64,000 nucleotides of DNA from contig JADBKN010000001.1 in the NCBI GenBank assembly GCA_014896375.1, positions 274 to 64,273 on the forward strand. Reading direction: 5' to 3'. The translations under genes were made by a program, and so were the position numbers. This stretch comes from Bacillota bacterium. GTDB lineage: Bacteria > Bacillota > Sulfobacillia > RBS10-35 > Bu92. Below, one piece after another: positions 40,644 through 50,600 of this stretch. Below the pieces are notes generated by a model. The model did not search any database and had not been told where the DNA came from. It was given only the letters and a program-made list of their open reading frames with translations. Numbering within the stretch: the stretch's first letter is position 1; every line of letters starts with the position of its first letter.

Positions 40644-42458
40644 TTGCCAGAGATCCTCACGACCGCCCGCGCGGAACGTCACGACGGCTGGATTGTGCGC
40701 CACCCCGGCAACGAGGAACTCTTCAGAGCCGTCGCCTGGTCGCTCGCCGGCCTGCGGCGCGGCTGGCCCGTGCACCTGCACGCCGAGGGCCTGCGCGGCA
40801 CGGGCAAGACGACCATCCTGCGCGCGGCGCGGGCGCTCCTGCCCACCATCCGCCGCGTCCGCGGCTGCCTTTACAACTGTGACCCGGACGCGCCCCACTG
40901 CCCGGACCATCGCGGCCTTTCGCGGGAGGAGCTGGCGGCGCTGGGCGAGGAGCGTGTGCCGGCGCCGTTTCTCGAGATCTCGCCCTCGGCCAAGATCGGC
41001 ACCGTGGTGGGCAGCATCGACCTCGCCCGCGTGCTCGACCGCTCCCGCCCCGAGGCGCACCTCCTGCCGGGCACGCTCGCGCAGGCGCACCGCGGCGTCG
41101 TCTTCATCGACGAGATCAACCGCCTGGCGGATGTGGCGCCGGAGCTCGCCGACGCCCTCCTCGATGTCATGGGCACGAAGCCCGGCCGGCTGCAGATCGA
41201 GGAGACGGGCCTGCCGAAGGTGGTGCTGCCGGTGAGCGTCACCGTGTGGGCGGCCTCGAACCCGGACGAGGATCCGGGGCCGCTCGCCGACGTGCGCCGC
41301 CAGCTGGCCGACCGCTTCGACCTGGTTGTGGCGATGAGCCGGCCGGCGACCGTCGAGGCCGTCAAGCGCATCCTGCAGGTGCGGGCGCCGACGGGCAGCT
41401 GGGGAGTGGGGGGCGCGGGCGAGCCCGCCAGGGAGGGCGCCGCCGCCGGCGGCGGCGCCCCGCTTGAGCCCCCGGGCACGCCGGCGCCCGCCGCTCATCC
41501 CGAGAGTGCGGCGGGCGTGGCCGCCGGCACCTCCCCCTGGCGCGAGGCGGAGGCGGACACCGGCGCGGCCTGGCCGGATGTGGATGAGATCCTGCGCGAT
41601 TTCCTCGCGAGCACGTACATCCGCTTTCAGCTGGAAAGCTTGCGCGCTGTGGAGGCGTGGCAGGCCGTCGCGCGCCTCGCGGCGGCATGCCGGCGCAGTT
41701 CGCGCGTGAGCGCCGAGGACCTCCTGCGCACGGCGGCTCCGGTGCTGCGTCACCGCGTCGATCCGCAAACGCTGGGTGAGATCCTCGCCTACGCGCGGGA
41801 CCAGCTGGCCGGCGACCATGCGCCCGGACGGGTGGCCTTCGGGGCCGAGCTCACTCCGGCCGGGATGGCCGCGGCGGCGGAGGCGGCGGAGGCAGCCGCG
41901 CGCCGGGAGACGGGTGCGCCGGGCGCCCGCGCGGCGGCCGCGGGGATGGGGCCGCTCGGCGAGCCCGCCGGCGGTGCGCCGGCTGCCTCCGGAGAAGTCG
42001 ATGGGGTGGGGCGGGACGCCTCCGCGGGCGTGGGCGCGGGCGCGGCCAGCCAGGCGCGCCACAACCCGGGCTGCGGCACGAGCCCGCACGCCGCCGGCAG
42101 CCCCGGCAGCCGACCGGCGGGCGGCGCCCACGGGCGGACAGCCCGCGCGCCCGCGCCGGACGACGGCCAGGGCGTGCGCTGGTCGCGCCTCTTTGAAGGC
42201 ATCCGCCAGGCCTGGCAGGGCCGCCGCACGGCCGGTCCCGAGGGCGCGGCCGCGAGCGGCGGCGGGTCCGCGGGCGAAGCCGGCGCCCCCGGCCCCGCCG
42301 GCGGCGGCGTCACCGGCGGCGCTTCCGGCGGCGCGCGTGCGCGCGGCGGCGTCGCCGATCCGCGCGACGTGGAGGCCGTCGCCCCCTCGCGGCCCGCCCG
42401 TCCGCTCGTCGACTGGCCGGGCGGCTCCATTTGGAGACCGGAAGCGCGTGACGACTGA
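40644..42458 (+). CDS. ChlI/MoxR-like AAA+ ATPase (Mg-chelatase I-like)
   Basis: Walker A GLRGTGKT, GCLYNCDP..PHCP, LLPGTLAQAHRGVVFIDEINRL, ASNPDE and QLADRFD. Confidence 0.85.
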   Translation: MPEILTTARAERHDGWIVRHPGNEELFRAVAWSLAGLRRGWPVHLHAEGLRGTGKTTILRAARALLPTIRRVRGCLYNCDPDAPHCPDHRGLSREELAALGEERVPAPFLEISPSAKIGTVVGSIDLARVLDRSRPEAHLLPGTLAQAHRGVVFIDEINRLADVAPELADALLDVMGTKPGRLQIEETGLPKVVLPVSVTVWAASNPDEDPGPLADVRRQLADRFDLVVAMSRPATVEAVKRILQVRAPTGSWGVGGAGEPAREGAAAGGGAPLEPPGTPAPAAHPESAAGVAAGTSPWREAEADTGAAWPDVDEILRDFLASTYIRFQLESLRAVEAWQAVARLAAACRRSSRVSAEDLLRTAAPVLRHRVDPQTLGEILAYARDQLAGDHAPGRVAFGAELTPAGMAAAAEAAEAAARRETGAPGARAAAAGMGPLGEPAGGAPAASGEVDGVGRDASAGVGAGAASQARHNPGCGTSPHAAGSPGSRPAGGAHGRTARAPAPDDGQGVRWSRLFEGIRQAWQGRRTAGPEGAAASGGGSAGEAGAPGPAGGGVTGGASGGARARGGVADPRDVEAVAPSRPARPLVDWPGGSIWRPEARDD

Positions 42459-44208
42459 CCTCTTCGGCGCCGAGGCCGTCGAAGCCCTGCGCCTGCGCCG
42501 CCGCCTGCCGGGCTTCGACGCCGACGTGCGCGAGCTCGCGCGCACGCTGGCCGCCGGCCGCGGCGGACGCCTCGGCGAGAGCGCCGTCGTGAGCCCCTGT
42601 GTGCATCTCCTCGACGCGCGCCGGCCGGACGAGGTGACGGTCGTCCAGAACCGCGACGCCGGCCAGGTCTTCTACGGCCGCCAGCGCCCGCGGGAAGTCG
42701 TGCACATCGACATCTTCCACGAGGTGGGCGAAGTCGACCACCGCCGGGCGGCCGCCTGCCTGCGGGCGGCCGACCGCGCCTGGCGCCTCGACCACGGCGA
42801 GGCGGCACCGGATCTCCTCGACTTCGTGGACATCCAGACGGGCACGGGCGGCGGGCGCGTGACCGGGTCGCTCACCCACGGCCGGCGGTCCACGGTGCGC
42901 CTGGCCCACCTCAACCACGTCCACCTGGCGGCGCTGCTCCCCGGGGAGGCGCGCTCGCTCGTGCCCTACCTTGTGGCGGCCGTGGAGCGCGCGATCGCCG
43001 CCCAGGGCCTAGAGGTGCGCGCCGTCGCACGCGTGCGGCACCGCCTCGCACCCGAGGGCGCGGCCGGCCAAGACGACCTCGCCCCCTACGCCGACGTCAC
43101 CGACACCCTGCTTCGCCAGGGGGTGCAGCGGCGCGGAGCCCCGTGGGAGGAGGAGCTCTTCTCCATGGCGGTGGGCGCGGCGCGCGCGGCCGGCGGCGCT
43201 CAGGCGGCCGCCGCGGCCTTCGACCGCCTGGCGCAGGGGCCGCGCCTTTTGGAGCTGGTCCACGGGCGGCCTTGGGACGCCGTGGCCGCACCCGGCTTCG
43301 ACCGCGCCATGCTCGACCGCTGGATGCAGGAGGGGTGGGTGGCGCGCCGCGGCGACCGGCTGGAGCTCACCGAGGAGGGGCGCGCGCTGCGCCGCTTCCT
43401 CCAGCTGCACCTGAGCGAGGTCGACGCAGCCTTGCGCGCGGCCGCGCGGCGCATCCAGGGCGCGCGCAAGGTGGGCCGGCGCGCGTGGGAGCGGGCCGGC
43501 CGCGGCCCCCGTGCGCGCGTGGAGCGGCTGCTCGCCGCCGAACCCTGGAGTGAGCTGGCAGTGGCGGAGACGGTGGCGGCGGCCGCGCGCCGCGCGCCGG
43601 GCGCGCCGCGCGTGGAGGCGGGCGACCTTCACGTGCGCCGCCGCGAGCAGCTGCGCCCCTTAGACCTGGTCCTCCTCATCGATGCGAGCGCGTCCATGGC
43701 GGGCGCGCGCATCCGCGCGGCCCAGGATCTGGTGCGCCACCTCCTCGCCACGAGCCGCGACCGCGTTGCCGTGATCAGCTTCCAGGACCGCGAGGCGCAG
43801 CTGCAGGTGCCGCTGACGCGCAATTACGCCTCGGTGGAGCGCGGGCTGCGTGCCGTGCGCCCGAGCGGCCTCACGCCGCTCGCCACGGCGCTGGAGACGG
43901 CGCGCGCCTACCTCGCCGCCGCGCGGCCGCGCCGCCCGCTCCTCCTCCTCATCACGGACGGCATCCCCACCGTCTCGCGCTCCCCCCTCGGACCCCTGGA
44001 AGATGCGCTGCAGGCGGCCGACGAGGTCGCGCGCGCGCGCCTGCCCTTCAGCTGCGTGGGGCTGGAGCCGAACCGCGGCTACCTGGCGGAGCTGGCGCGG
44101 CGCGCGGGCGGGACGCTGTACGTCGTCGAGGAGCTGCATGAAGCCACGCTGATCGAGATCGCGCAACGGGAGCAGCGCCGCCACCGGCCGCGGAGCCGCA
44201 CGGTGTGA
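42448..44208 (+). CDS. vWA-domain protein (ChlD-like C-terminus) with unknown His-rich N-terminal domain
   Basis: MIDAS motif DASASM, GLTPLA and LITDG. The N-terminal region has HIDIFH and AHLNHVH. Confidence 0.82.
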   Translation: MTTDLFGAEAVEALRLRRRLPGFDADVRELARTLAAGRGGRLGESAVVSPCVHLLDARRPDEVTVVQNRDAGQVFYGRQRPREVVHIDIFHEVGEVDHRRAAACLRAADRAWRLDHGEAAPDLLDFVDIQTGTGGGRVTGSLTHGRRSTVRLAHLNHVHLAALLPGEARSLVPYLVAAVERAIAAQGLEVRAVARVRHRLAPEGAAGQDDLAPYADVTDTLLRQGVQRRGAPWEEELFSMAVGAARAAGGAQAAAAAFDRLAQGPRLLELVHGRPWDAVAAPGFDRAMLDRWMQEGWVARRGDRLELTEEGRALRRFLQLHLSEVDAALRAAARRIQGARKVGRRAWERAGRGPRARVERLLAAEPWSELAVAETVAAAARRAPGAPRVEAGDLHVRRREQLRPLDLVLLIDASASMAGARIRAAQDLVRHLLATSRDRVAVISFQDREAQLQVPLTRNYASVERGLRAVRPSGLTPLATALETARAYLAAARPRRPLLLLITDGIPTVSRSPLGPLEDALQAADEVARARLPFSCVGLEPNRGYLAELARRAGGTLYVVEELHEATLIEIAQREQRRHRPRSRTV

Positions 44209-44317
44209 GCGCCGGCCGCGGGGGCGCCCGCGGCCCCGCCTTCCGGCTCCCCCCGTCCCGCACCCCGCGACAGGATCCGGGGCGCCGCCCGCGAAGTGTC
44301 GAAGCGGGGGTGCGGCC

Positions 44318-44695
44318 TTGACCTGGTACCTCGTCGTGTTCCTGCTCTTCGCCCTGGGTGTGGCCGTCTTCGCGGCCCAGAACGGCCAGACGGTCGATGT
44401 GCGGCTTCTCATGTGGAGGATGAACACCACGCTCGCGGTGGTGGTGCTGGGCGCGGCCTTCGCAGGGGCGGTGATCACCGCGTCCATCGGCGCCGTGGCC
44501 CAGTTGCGCCTGAGGTGGCGGCTTTTGCGCGCGGAGAACGAGCTGCGCACGCTGCGCCAGGCGGTGGCCCACGCGGGCGTGCCGGGGGCCACCTCTCCGG
44601 AGGAGGCGGCCGGCGGCCGAACCCTCCGGACCGAGGTGCCGCCCCCGCCGGCGGGCGAGGAACCGCCCTTGGGAACGGGGTCGCCGGAGCGTTGA
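44318..44695 (+). CDS. LapA/DUF1049 family small membrane protein
   Basis: AVFAAQNGQTVDVRLLMW, two TM segments and a coiled tail. Usual position upstream of recJ. Confidence 0.82.
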   Translation: MTWYLVVFLLFALGVAVFAAQNGQTVDVRLLMWRMNTTLAVVVLGAAFAGAVITASIGAVAQLRLRWRLLRAENELRTLRQAVAHAGVPGATSPEEAAGGRTLRTEVPPPPAGEEPPLGTGSPER

Positions 44696-46986
44696 GCGGC
44701 GCGGTGGAGAGCGGCCTCTCGCTGGCGGGCCGGCGCTGGACGATCGCGCCGGCCGATCCGGCCGCCGCCGCGGCCATCGTGCGGGAGCTGGGGCTGCCGC
44801 GGCCGCTGGCGCAATGCCTGGCCGCGCGCGGTTTCGACGCCGCTTCGGCGGAGCGCTGGCTGGGCTGCGCGGAGGAGGATTTCGTCCACGACCCCGCCCG
44901 CCTTGCCGGGCTCCCGGAGGCGGTTGCGGAGGCGGAGCGCGCGCTCGCCGAGGACCGGCACATCCGCATCTTCGGCGACTACGACGCCGACGGCGTGACG
45001 GCGGCCGCCATCCTCATGGAAAACCTCGCGGCCGTGGGCGCCTCGGTGGACGTGCGCCTGCCCGAGCGCGACCGCGGCTACGGCCTGCAGCCGGCCGACG
45101 TGGACCGGGCCGCCGCCGACGGCGCGGGTCTTCTCATCGCCGTCGACAACGGCGTGCGCGCCTTCGAGGCGGCGGAGCGCGCGGCGGAGCTCGGCCTGCC
45201 GCTCGTCATCCTCGACCACCACCGTCCGGAGGCGGAGCTGCCGCGCGCCGCGGCCGTCGTCAACCCGCACCGCGCGGACGACGGCTACCCGTTCAAGGAG
45301 CTGTGCGGCGCCGGCCTCGCCCTCAAGTTCGCGCAGCTGCTGCAGGGCATGGACGCGGACGCTCCCTGGCGGCGGAGTCTCGATCTCGCCGCCGTGGGCA
45401 CGGTGGGCGACGTGGTACCGCTTGTGGACGAGAACCGCTGGATCGTGCGCGCGGGGCTGCGGCTCCTCGGGGAGTCGCCGCGGCCGGGCCTGGCCGCGCT
45501 GCTGGAGGTGGGCGGCGCCCGCCGGCCGGCCGGCGCTCACGAGCTCGCGTATGTGGTGGCGCCGCGGCTGAACGCCGCCGGCCGCCTGGGAGACCCGGTG
45601 CCCGCGCTGGCCTGCGTACTGGCCGAGGGGCCGCAGGCGCGGGACCTGGCGCTGCAGCTGGACGCGGCCAACCGCCGGCGCCAGGCGCTGGAGCGCGCGG
45701 CGCTGGAGGAGGCGCGCGCGCTCGCGGCCGGGTGGCCGAAAGAGGAGCCGGTCATCGTCCTCGGCTCGCCGTCCTGGCATCCCGGAGTGGTGGGGCTCGT
45801 GGCGGGGCGGCTGGCGCGGGAGCGCCACCGGCCCGTGCTGCTCGCGGCCGTGGAGGGAGAACGCGCGCGCGGCTCCGGCCGCAGCATCCCGGCCTTCGAC
45901 CTGCATGCCGCGCTGGAGGCCTGCCGCCGCCACTTCGAGGCCTTCGGCGGGCACCGCCAGGCGGCCGGCTTCATGCTGCCCGCCGCGGCCCTTGCGGCGC
46001 TGCGCCGCGACGTCAATGAGCACGCGCGCGCGGTGCTGTCCCCGGAGGACCTCGTGCCGGAGCTCGTCGTGGACGCTCGGCTGGAACTGCACGAGGTCGA
46101 CGACGCGCTCTGCGAGGCGCTCTCCCTCCTTGAACCGTTCGGCGCCGGCAACCCGCGGCCGAGGTTTCTCGTGCCGGACGTCTCCCTTGAGGTGCGGACC
46201 GCCGGGCGCGAGGGCGAGCACGCGCTCCTCGCCTGCTACAACGCGCGCGGCGCGCGCCTCGAGGGCGTGGCCTTCGGCTTCGGGCGCGCGCTGGCCAGCG
46301 CGGCCGAGGGCCGGTGGCGCCTCGTGGCGGTGCCGGAGCTCGACGAGTGGAACGGCGCGGCGCGCGTGCGCTTGCGGGTGGAGGACGCGGCCGCGGCGGC
46401 CCCGGCGGACCTGTCCGCGGCCAGGGAGACCGCGGCGGCGCGCGACGAGGCGCCGTCCGCCGCGACGGGCTTCCGGGCCCGCGCTGCGACGGGCTTCCCG
46501 GCCGGCGCTGCGAACGGGATGGCCGGGGCGCGCACCGGCGCCGCGGCGCGCGCCGCGCTCCTCGAGCGGCTGGCGGAGCGCGTGCGCGAGCGCCACCCGG
46601 ACCGTGACCGCCTCGCGCGCCTCTACAGTGCCTGCCGCCGCGCGGCCGCCGGCGGGGTGCCGGCCCTGCCGGCGGATCCCTTCCGCTTGGCCGCACGGCT
46701 GCAGGAGGCCGGCGCGGGCGCCGTCACACCGGAAGAGGCGGACCTGGCGCTGCGCGTCTTCGCCGACCTCGGCCTCGCCGTGCGCCTGCGGAAGGGCGCG
46801 GATGACGTGTGGTGGTGGAGCCCGCCGCCGGAGGGCAAGCTCGACCTGCGGGCCAGCGCCGCCTTCCGCGAAGGCGAGGCCCTGCGGGCGCGGCTCGCGG
46901 CGTTGCACTCGTGGCTGGAGGCGGACGAGGCGGTCTGGCAGGAGGCCGTGGCGCAGCTTGAGGCCGCGCTGGAGGCGGGAGCGTGA
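44692..46986 (+). CDS. recJ: Single-stranded-DNA-specific exonuclease RecJ
   Basis: Motifs GDYDADG, VDNG, LDHH, LCGAG, PRLNAAGR, GSGRS, GGHRQAAG and LEPFGAGNPRP. Confidence 0.95.
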   Translation: MSGAVESGLSLAGRRWTIAPADPAAAAAIVRELGLPRPLAQCLAARGFDAASAERWLGCAEEDFVHDPARLAGLPEAVAEAERALAEDRHIRIFGDYDADGVTAAAILMENLAAVGASVDVRLPERDRGYGLQPADVDRAAADGAGLLIAVDNGVRAFEAAERAAELGLPLVILDHHRPEAELPRAAAVVNPHRADDGYPFKELCGAGLALKFAQLLQGMDADAPWRRSLDLAAVGTVGDVVPLVDENRWIVRAGLRLLGESPRPGLAALLEVGGARRPAGAHELAYVVAPRLNAAGRLGDPVPALACVLAEGPQARDLALQLDAANRRRQALERAALEEARALAAGWPKEEPVIVLGSPSWHPGVVGLVAGRLARERHRPVLLAAVEGERARGSGRSIPAFDLHAALEACRRHFEAFGGHRQAAGFMLPAAALAALRRDVNEHARAVLSPEDLVPELVVDARLELHEVDDALCEALSLLEPFGAGNPRPRFLVPDVSLEVRTAGREGEHALLACYNARGARLEGVAFGFGRALASAAEGRWRLVAVPELDEWNGAARVRLRVEDAAAAAPADLSAARETAAARDEAPSAATGFRARAATGFPAGAANGMAGARTGAAARAALLERLAERVRERHPDRDRLARLYSACRRAAAGGVPALPADPFRLAARLQEAGAGAVTPEEADLALRVFADLGLAVRLRKGADDVWWWSPPPEGKLDLRASAAFREGEALRARLAALHSWLEADEAVWQEAVAQLEAALEAGA

Positions 46987-47477
46987 CGAGGATCCGGGAG
47001 ATCAAGCACCGCTTTCAGGGGCCGACGTCGATCTTCGAGGGCACGGTGGTGGAGCGCGCCGAGGGCCGGCTCGTCTACCGCTTCGACATGACGTCGCCGG
47101 CGACGGTCGGCGGCCTGCTGCTGCCCGCAGATGGCCGCACATACGGCTTCTTTTGGGAGGACCGGCCGTACAACGCCTACGTCTGGGTCGACGCCGCGGG
47201 ACAGCCGCTCGCGCTCTACTTCAACGTCAGCGACCGCACACGCATCACACCTTGGGAGGTGGAGTGGCGCGATCTGGTCGTCGACGTGCTCGTGCCCGTT
47301 AAAACGGATGCGGAGGGCGCATGGACCTTTGCAGCGCCGCGTGTCCTGGACCGCGAGGAGTTGCCGCCGCGGCTGGACCCGAAGCTGCGCGAATACATCG
47401 ATCGTGCGGTGGAGGAGATCCTCAACAGTTGGCCCGCCGTGGCGGAGGAGGCGCGCACCTTACTGCGGAGGCTCTGA
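46983..47477 (+). CDS. DUF402-family protein
   Basis: Motifs FWEDRPYN, YFNVSD, WRDLVVDVLV and VLDREEL. Confidence 0.75.
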   Translation: MTRIREIKHRFQGPTSIFEGTVVERAEGRLVYRFDMTSPATVGGLLLPADGRTYGFFWEDRPYNAYVWVDAAGQPLALYFNVSDRTRITPWEVEWRDLVVDVLVPVKTDAEGAWTFAAPRVLDREELPPRLDPKLREYIDRAVEEILNSWPAVAEEARTLLRRL

Positions 47478-48353
47478 CGCGGCCGGCGAGGCCGCGCCTC
47501 CCGTGCCCGCGGCGGCCGCGCCCGCGGCGCGCGGGGCCGTGCTGCCGGTTCCCCCTGCCGCCGCGCGGGCGCGCCGCCGGCGCCAGGCGAAGGCCGCGGC
47601 CGCGAGCGCCAGGGCGGCGGCGGCGAGGCCGGCCGCGGCGGCCGGGTGCGCGCTCCAGAAGGGCGCCGGGCGCGCGCGGATCGTGAGGAGCGAGCCCTGC
47701 GCCACATCGCGGGCGGTGAGCACGACGACGCGCGTGTCGCCCAGCGGCTGCGGCGGCGCCGGGAAGAGGCCGATGCCGTCCAGCCGCGCGCGCCCCTGTG
47801 GCGCCAGCACGGCCAGGGTGAGCACGGGTTGCAGCGCCGGCCGCAGCCAGTCCACCGTGCGCGCGGCCGGCAGCGTCCACGTGAGTGTCACGGCCGCGCG
47901 GCCGCCGGGCGGGAGGTCGAGTGCGACGCGCGCGCCGCGGTTCTCTCCGGGCAGGGCGGCCGCGGCTTCGAGGTCGACGGCCGCCGGGCCGCCCGCCCCG
48001 CCGCCCGATCCGCCACCGGACCCTCCGCCTGCGGTCTCCTCCACGGTGGCGCGCACTTCCTCTGCGGCCGCCGGCACCGGCAGCGTCACGGCCGTCACCC
48101 GTGCCTCGCCGGCGTTCGCGAAGACGGCGCGGTCGTACACCTGCCACCCGCCGCCCGAAGGGAGGAAGACGAGCGTCTCCTCGGCGATGACGAGCCCCGG
48201 CGGCGCGCCCGCGCCTCCGGCGGCGAGGGCCGCGGGCGCGGCCGCGGCGGCCAGCATCGCCGCCAGCGCCGCCAGCGCCAAGGCCGCGCCGCGCCGCACC
48301 GCCGCGCGCCGCCGCGCCCCCCCGGCGCCCCGCGCCGCCCCCGTGCGCCTCAT
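47460..48353 (-). CDS. Exported protein with C-terminal TM anchor, coupled to ccmF
   Basis: Arg-rich signal peptide, a beta-rich domain and a C-terminal TM followed by RRRR. ATGA overlap with ccmF. Confidence 0.65.
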   Translation of the reverse strand: MRRTGAARGAGGARRRAAVRRGAALALAALAAMLAAAAAPAALAAGGAGAPPGLVIAEETLVFLPSGGGWQVYDRAVFANAGEARVTAVTLPVPAAAEEVRATVEETAGGGSGGGSGGGAGGPAAVDLEAAAALPGENRGARVALDLPPGGRAAVTLTWTLPAARTVDWLRPALQPVLTLAVLAPQGRARLDGIGLFPAPPQPLGDTRVVVLTARDVAQGSLLTIRARPAPFWSAHPAAAAGLAAAALALAAAAFAWRRRRARAAAGGTGSTAPRAAGAAAAGTGGAASPAASEPPQ

Positions 48354-50569
48354 CGCGCGCCCTCCCGCACCGCCGCGGCCTCGCCCGCCCGCAACTCCTG
48401 CGCCCGCCGCCGCAGGCGCGCCTCCAGCTCCGCCAACGCGTCCGGCTCCCCGTCCAAGGCCGCCCCGCTCCCCGACGCGAGGAGCGTCCGCGCGCTGTCC
48501 GCGTATTCGGCGCGCAGCGCGGCGTAGTCCGCGGCGGCCACCTTGCCCGTGCGGTAGTCGTATTCCAGCTCCGCCCAGTCCGCGAGGAGGCGCGCCGCCT
48601 CGCCCAGCCGCCGTTCCCGGCCGCGCGGCCAAAGGGAGAAGGCCGTCGCGAGGATGAGGAGCGCACCGCCGCCCCAGATCCAATCCACCATCGGGTTCAC
48701 GTAGATCTTGAACCCGGCGCGCCGCTCGTCCGGCTCGAAGCCCGCCAGGACCACGTACAGGTCGCGCGTGAAGCCGCGGTCGATGGCGATCTCCGTGTAC
48801 GGCGCCTGGCCTTCGGCGTCGTTCGAGGCGAACTGCGAGGGAAGGAGCGTCGCCACCAGCCGGCCGCCGCGCAGCACGTCCACGCGCGCCTGCGTGCGCG
48901 CCCCGTACGGGGAAACCTCGCGCGACATGCCGTTGAAGACGAAATCGTAGCCGGCCACCGTGACGCCCTCGCCGATGCCGAGCCCCACCGTGGCCGTCCG
49001 CTGGAAGGCGGTGGAACCGATGACGCCCATGGCGATCAGCGCCACCGCCAGGTGGACGAGGTAACCGCCGTAGCGCCGCGGGTGGCGCGCGAAGAGGCGC
49101 GCGACGGCCGAAGTCCACGGCTCGCCCGTCATCTGGCGCCGCGCCAAAGCGGCCAGGGCGATGTCATAGAGCACGGCCGCCATCGCGAGGGCCGCGAAGC
49201 CGAAGCCGAGCACCGTGCCGAGCGACCCCACCCCGGCCGCCGCGAGCGCCACGGCCAGCGACGCGCCGGCCACAAGCGGCACGAGGAGGTGCTCCCGCAC
49301 CTGGCGCCAGCTGGCCCGCCGCCAGCCGAGGAGCGGGCCCACGCCCATGAGGAAGAAGACGAGCGCGAAGAGCGGCGCCGTCGTGCGCGTGAAGTAGGGC
49401 GCGCCCACCGTGAGCGTCTCGCCCCAGAGCGGCGAGACGAGCGGCAGGAGCGTCCCGAAGAGCACTGTCAGCGCGAGGGAGAGGAAGACGACGTTGTTGA
49501 CGAGGAACGAGCCTTCCTTCGAGACGTAGGAGTCCAGCGGCCGCTCATCCCGCAGAAGGTGGGCGCGCGTGCCGCCGAGCCAGAGCAGCGCCGCCGTGAC
49601 GAGGCCGATGTATGCGAGGAACCACGCGCCGATGGGCGACTGCGCGAAGGCGTGGACGCTCGTCACAAGGCCGCTGCGCGTGAGGAACGTGCCGAGGATG
49701 GTGAGGAGGTAGGTGGCGCACACGAGGGCCACGTTCCAGGCCTTGAGCATGCCGCGCTTCTCCTGCACGATGCTGGAGTGCAGGTAGGCCGTGGCCGTGA
49801 GCCACGGCATCAGCGCCGCGTTCTCCACCGGGTCGAAGGCCCAGTAGCCGCCCCAGCCGAGCACGTGATAGGACCAGTTCGCGCCCATGAGGATGCCGGC
49901 GGAGAGCAGCGCCCACGCCGCGAGCGCCCAGCGCCGCGTGACGCGGATCCAGGCGTGGCCCGTCTGGCGCGCGAGGAGCCCGGCCACGGCGAAGGCGAAG
50001 GGCGCGGCCAGCCCCACGAAGCCCGAGTAGAGCCCCAGCGGGTGGAGCAGCATCGACGGGTCGCGCAGCAGGCGGTTGAGCCCGGCGCCGTCCGCCGGCG
50101 CCTGCGGGAGGAGCCGGAAGGGCGGGGCGGCGACGGCGATGAGCAGGGCGAAGAAGAAGGCGATGGAAAGCAGCACGCCCAGCGCGTACGGGACGAGAGC
50201 CCCCGCCTCGCGGCCGCGCGGCGGCCGCCAGGCGATGGCTGCCGTGAGCAGGGAGAGGAAGAGCAGCCAGAGGAGGAGAGAACCCTCCTGGCCGCCCCAG
50301 AAGGCGCCGATGCGGTAGACGAGCGGCGTGGCGCGGCTCGAGTGGGCGGCCACGTAGGCGAACTCGAAGCGGTTGCCGGCGAGCGCGGCCACGAGCAGCG
50401 CGCTCGCGCCGGCCACGGCGACGAGCAGCACGGAGGCCGCACGCCTGGCCCACCGCAAGGCGCGTGCCTCCCCGCGCGGCGCGAGCAGGAAGGCCAGCGC
50501 CGATCCCGCGCCGGAGGCCGCGGCCGCGACGATCACGAGACCTGCGCCGAGCCAGGACCAGAGCTGCAT
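48350..50569 (-). CDS. ccmF: Cytochrome c-type biogenesis heme lyase CcmF/NrfE
   Basis: Motifs WGGQEGSLLLW, WGGYWAFDPVENAALMPWL, TAYLHS, GTFLTRSG..SVHAF, YGGYLVH and NPMVDWIWGG. Confidence 0.92.
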   Translation of the reverse strand: MQLWSWLGAGLVIVAAAASGAGSALAFLLAPRGEARALRWARRAASVLLVAVAGASALLVAALAGNRFEFAYVAAHSSRATPLVYRIGAFWGGQEGSLLLWLLFLSLLTAAIAWRPPRGREAGALVPYALGVLLSIAFFFALLIAVAAPPFRLLPQAPADGAGLNRLLRDPSMLLHPLGLYSGFVGLAAPFAFAVAGLLARQTGHAWIRVTRRWALAAWALLSAGILMGANWSYHVLGWGGYWAFDPVENAALMPWLTATAYLHSSIVQEKRGMLKAWNVALVCATYLLTILGTFLTRSGLVTSVHAFAQSPIGAWFLAYIGLVTAALLWLGGTRAHLLRDERPLDSYVSKEGSFLVNNVVFLSLALTVLFGTLLPLVSPLWGETLTVGAPYFTRTTAPLFALVFFLMGVGPLLGWRRASWRQVREHLLVPLVAGASLAVALAAAGVGSLGTVLGFGFAALAMAAVLYDIALAALARRQMTGEPWTSAVARLFARHPRRYGGYLVHLAVALIAMGVIGSTAFQRTATVGLGIGEGVTVAGYDFVFNGMSREVSPYGARTQARVDVLRGGRLVATLLPSQFASNDAEGQAPYTEIAIDRGFTRDLYVVLAGFEPDERRAGFKIYVNPMVDWIWGGGALLILATAFSLWPRGRERRLGEAARLLADWAELEYDYRTGKVAAADYAALRAEYADSARTLLASGSGAALDGEPDALAELEARLRRRAQELRAGEAAAVREGAR

Positions 50570-50600
50570 CGCCCGCGCCTCCCTCCGTCCCTCGATTCCG

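Noticed and set aside
40644-44208. Photosynthesis or cobalamin chelatase (bchI/bchD)
   Set aside because: There is no H/N subunit or tetrapyrrole gene nearby, and the D-like protein lacks the N-terminal AAA module.
43660-46908. 1082-aa minus-strand ORF, and similar long antisense ORFs (35387-37999, 39834-42545, 38057-40351, 23919-26138, 58748-60859)
   Set aside because: These are shadow frames of well-supported genes in high-GC DNA. They are Arg/Gly/Ala-rich with no recognisable motifs.
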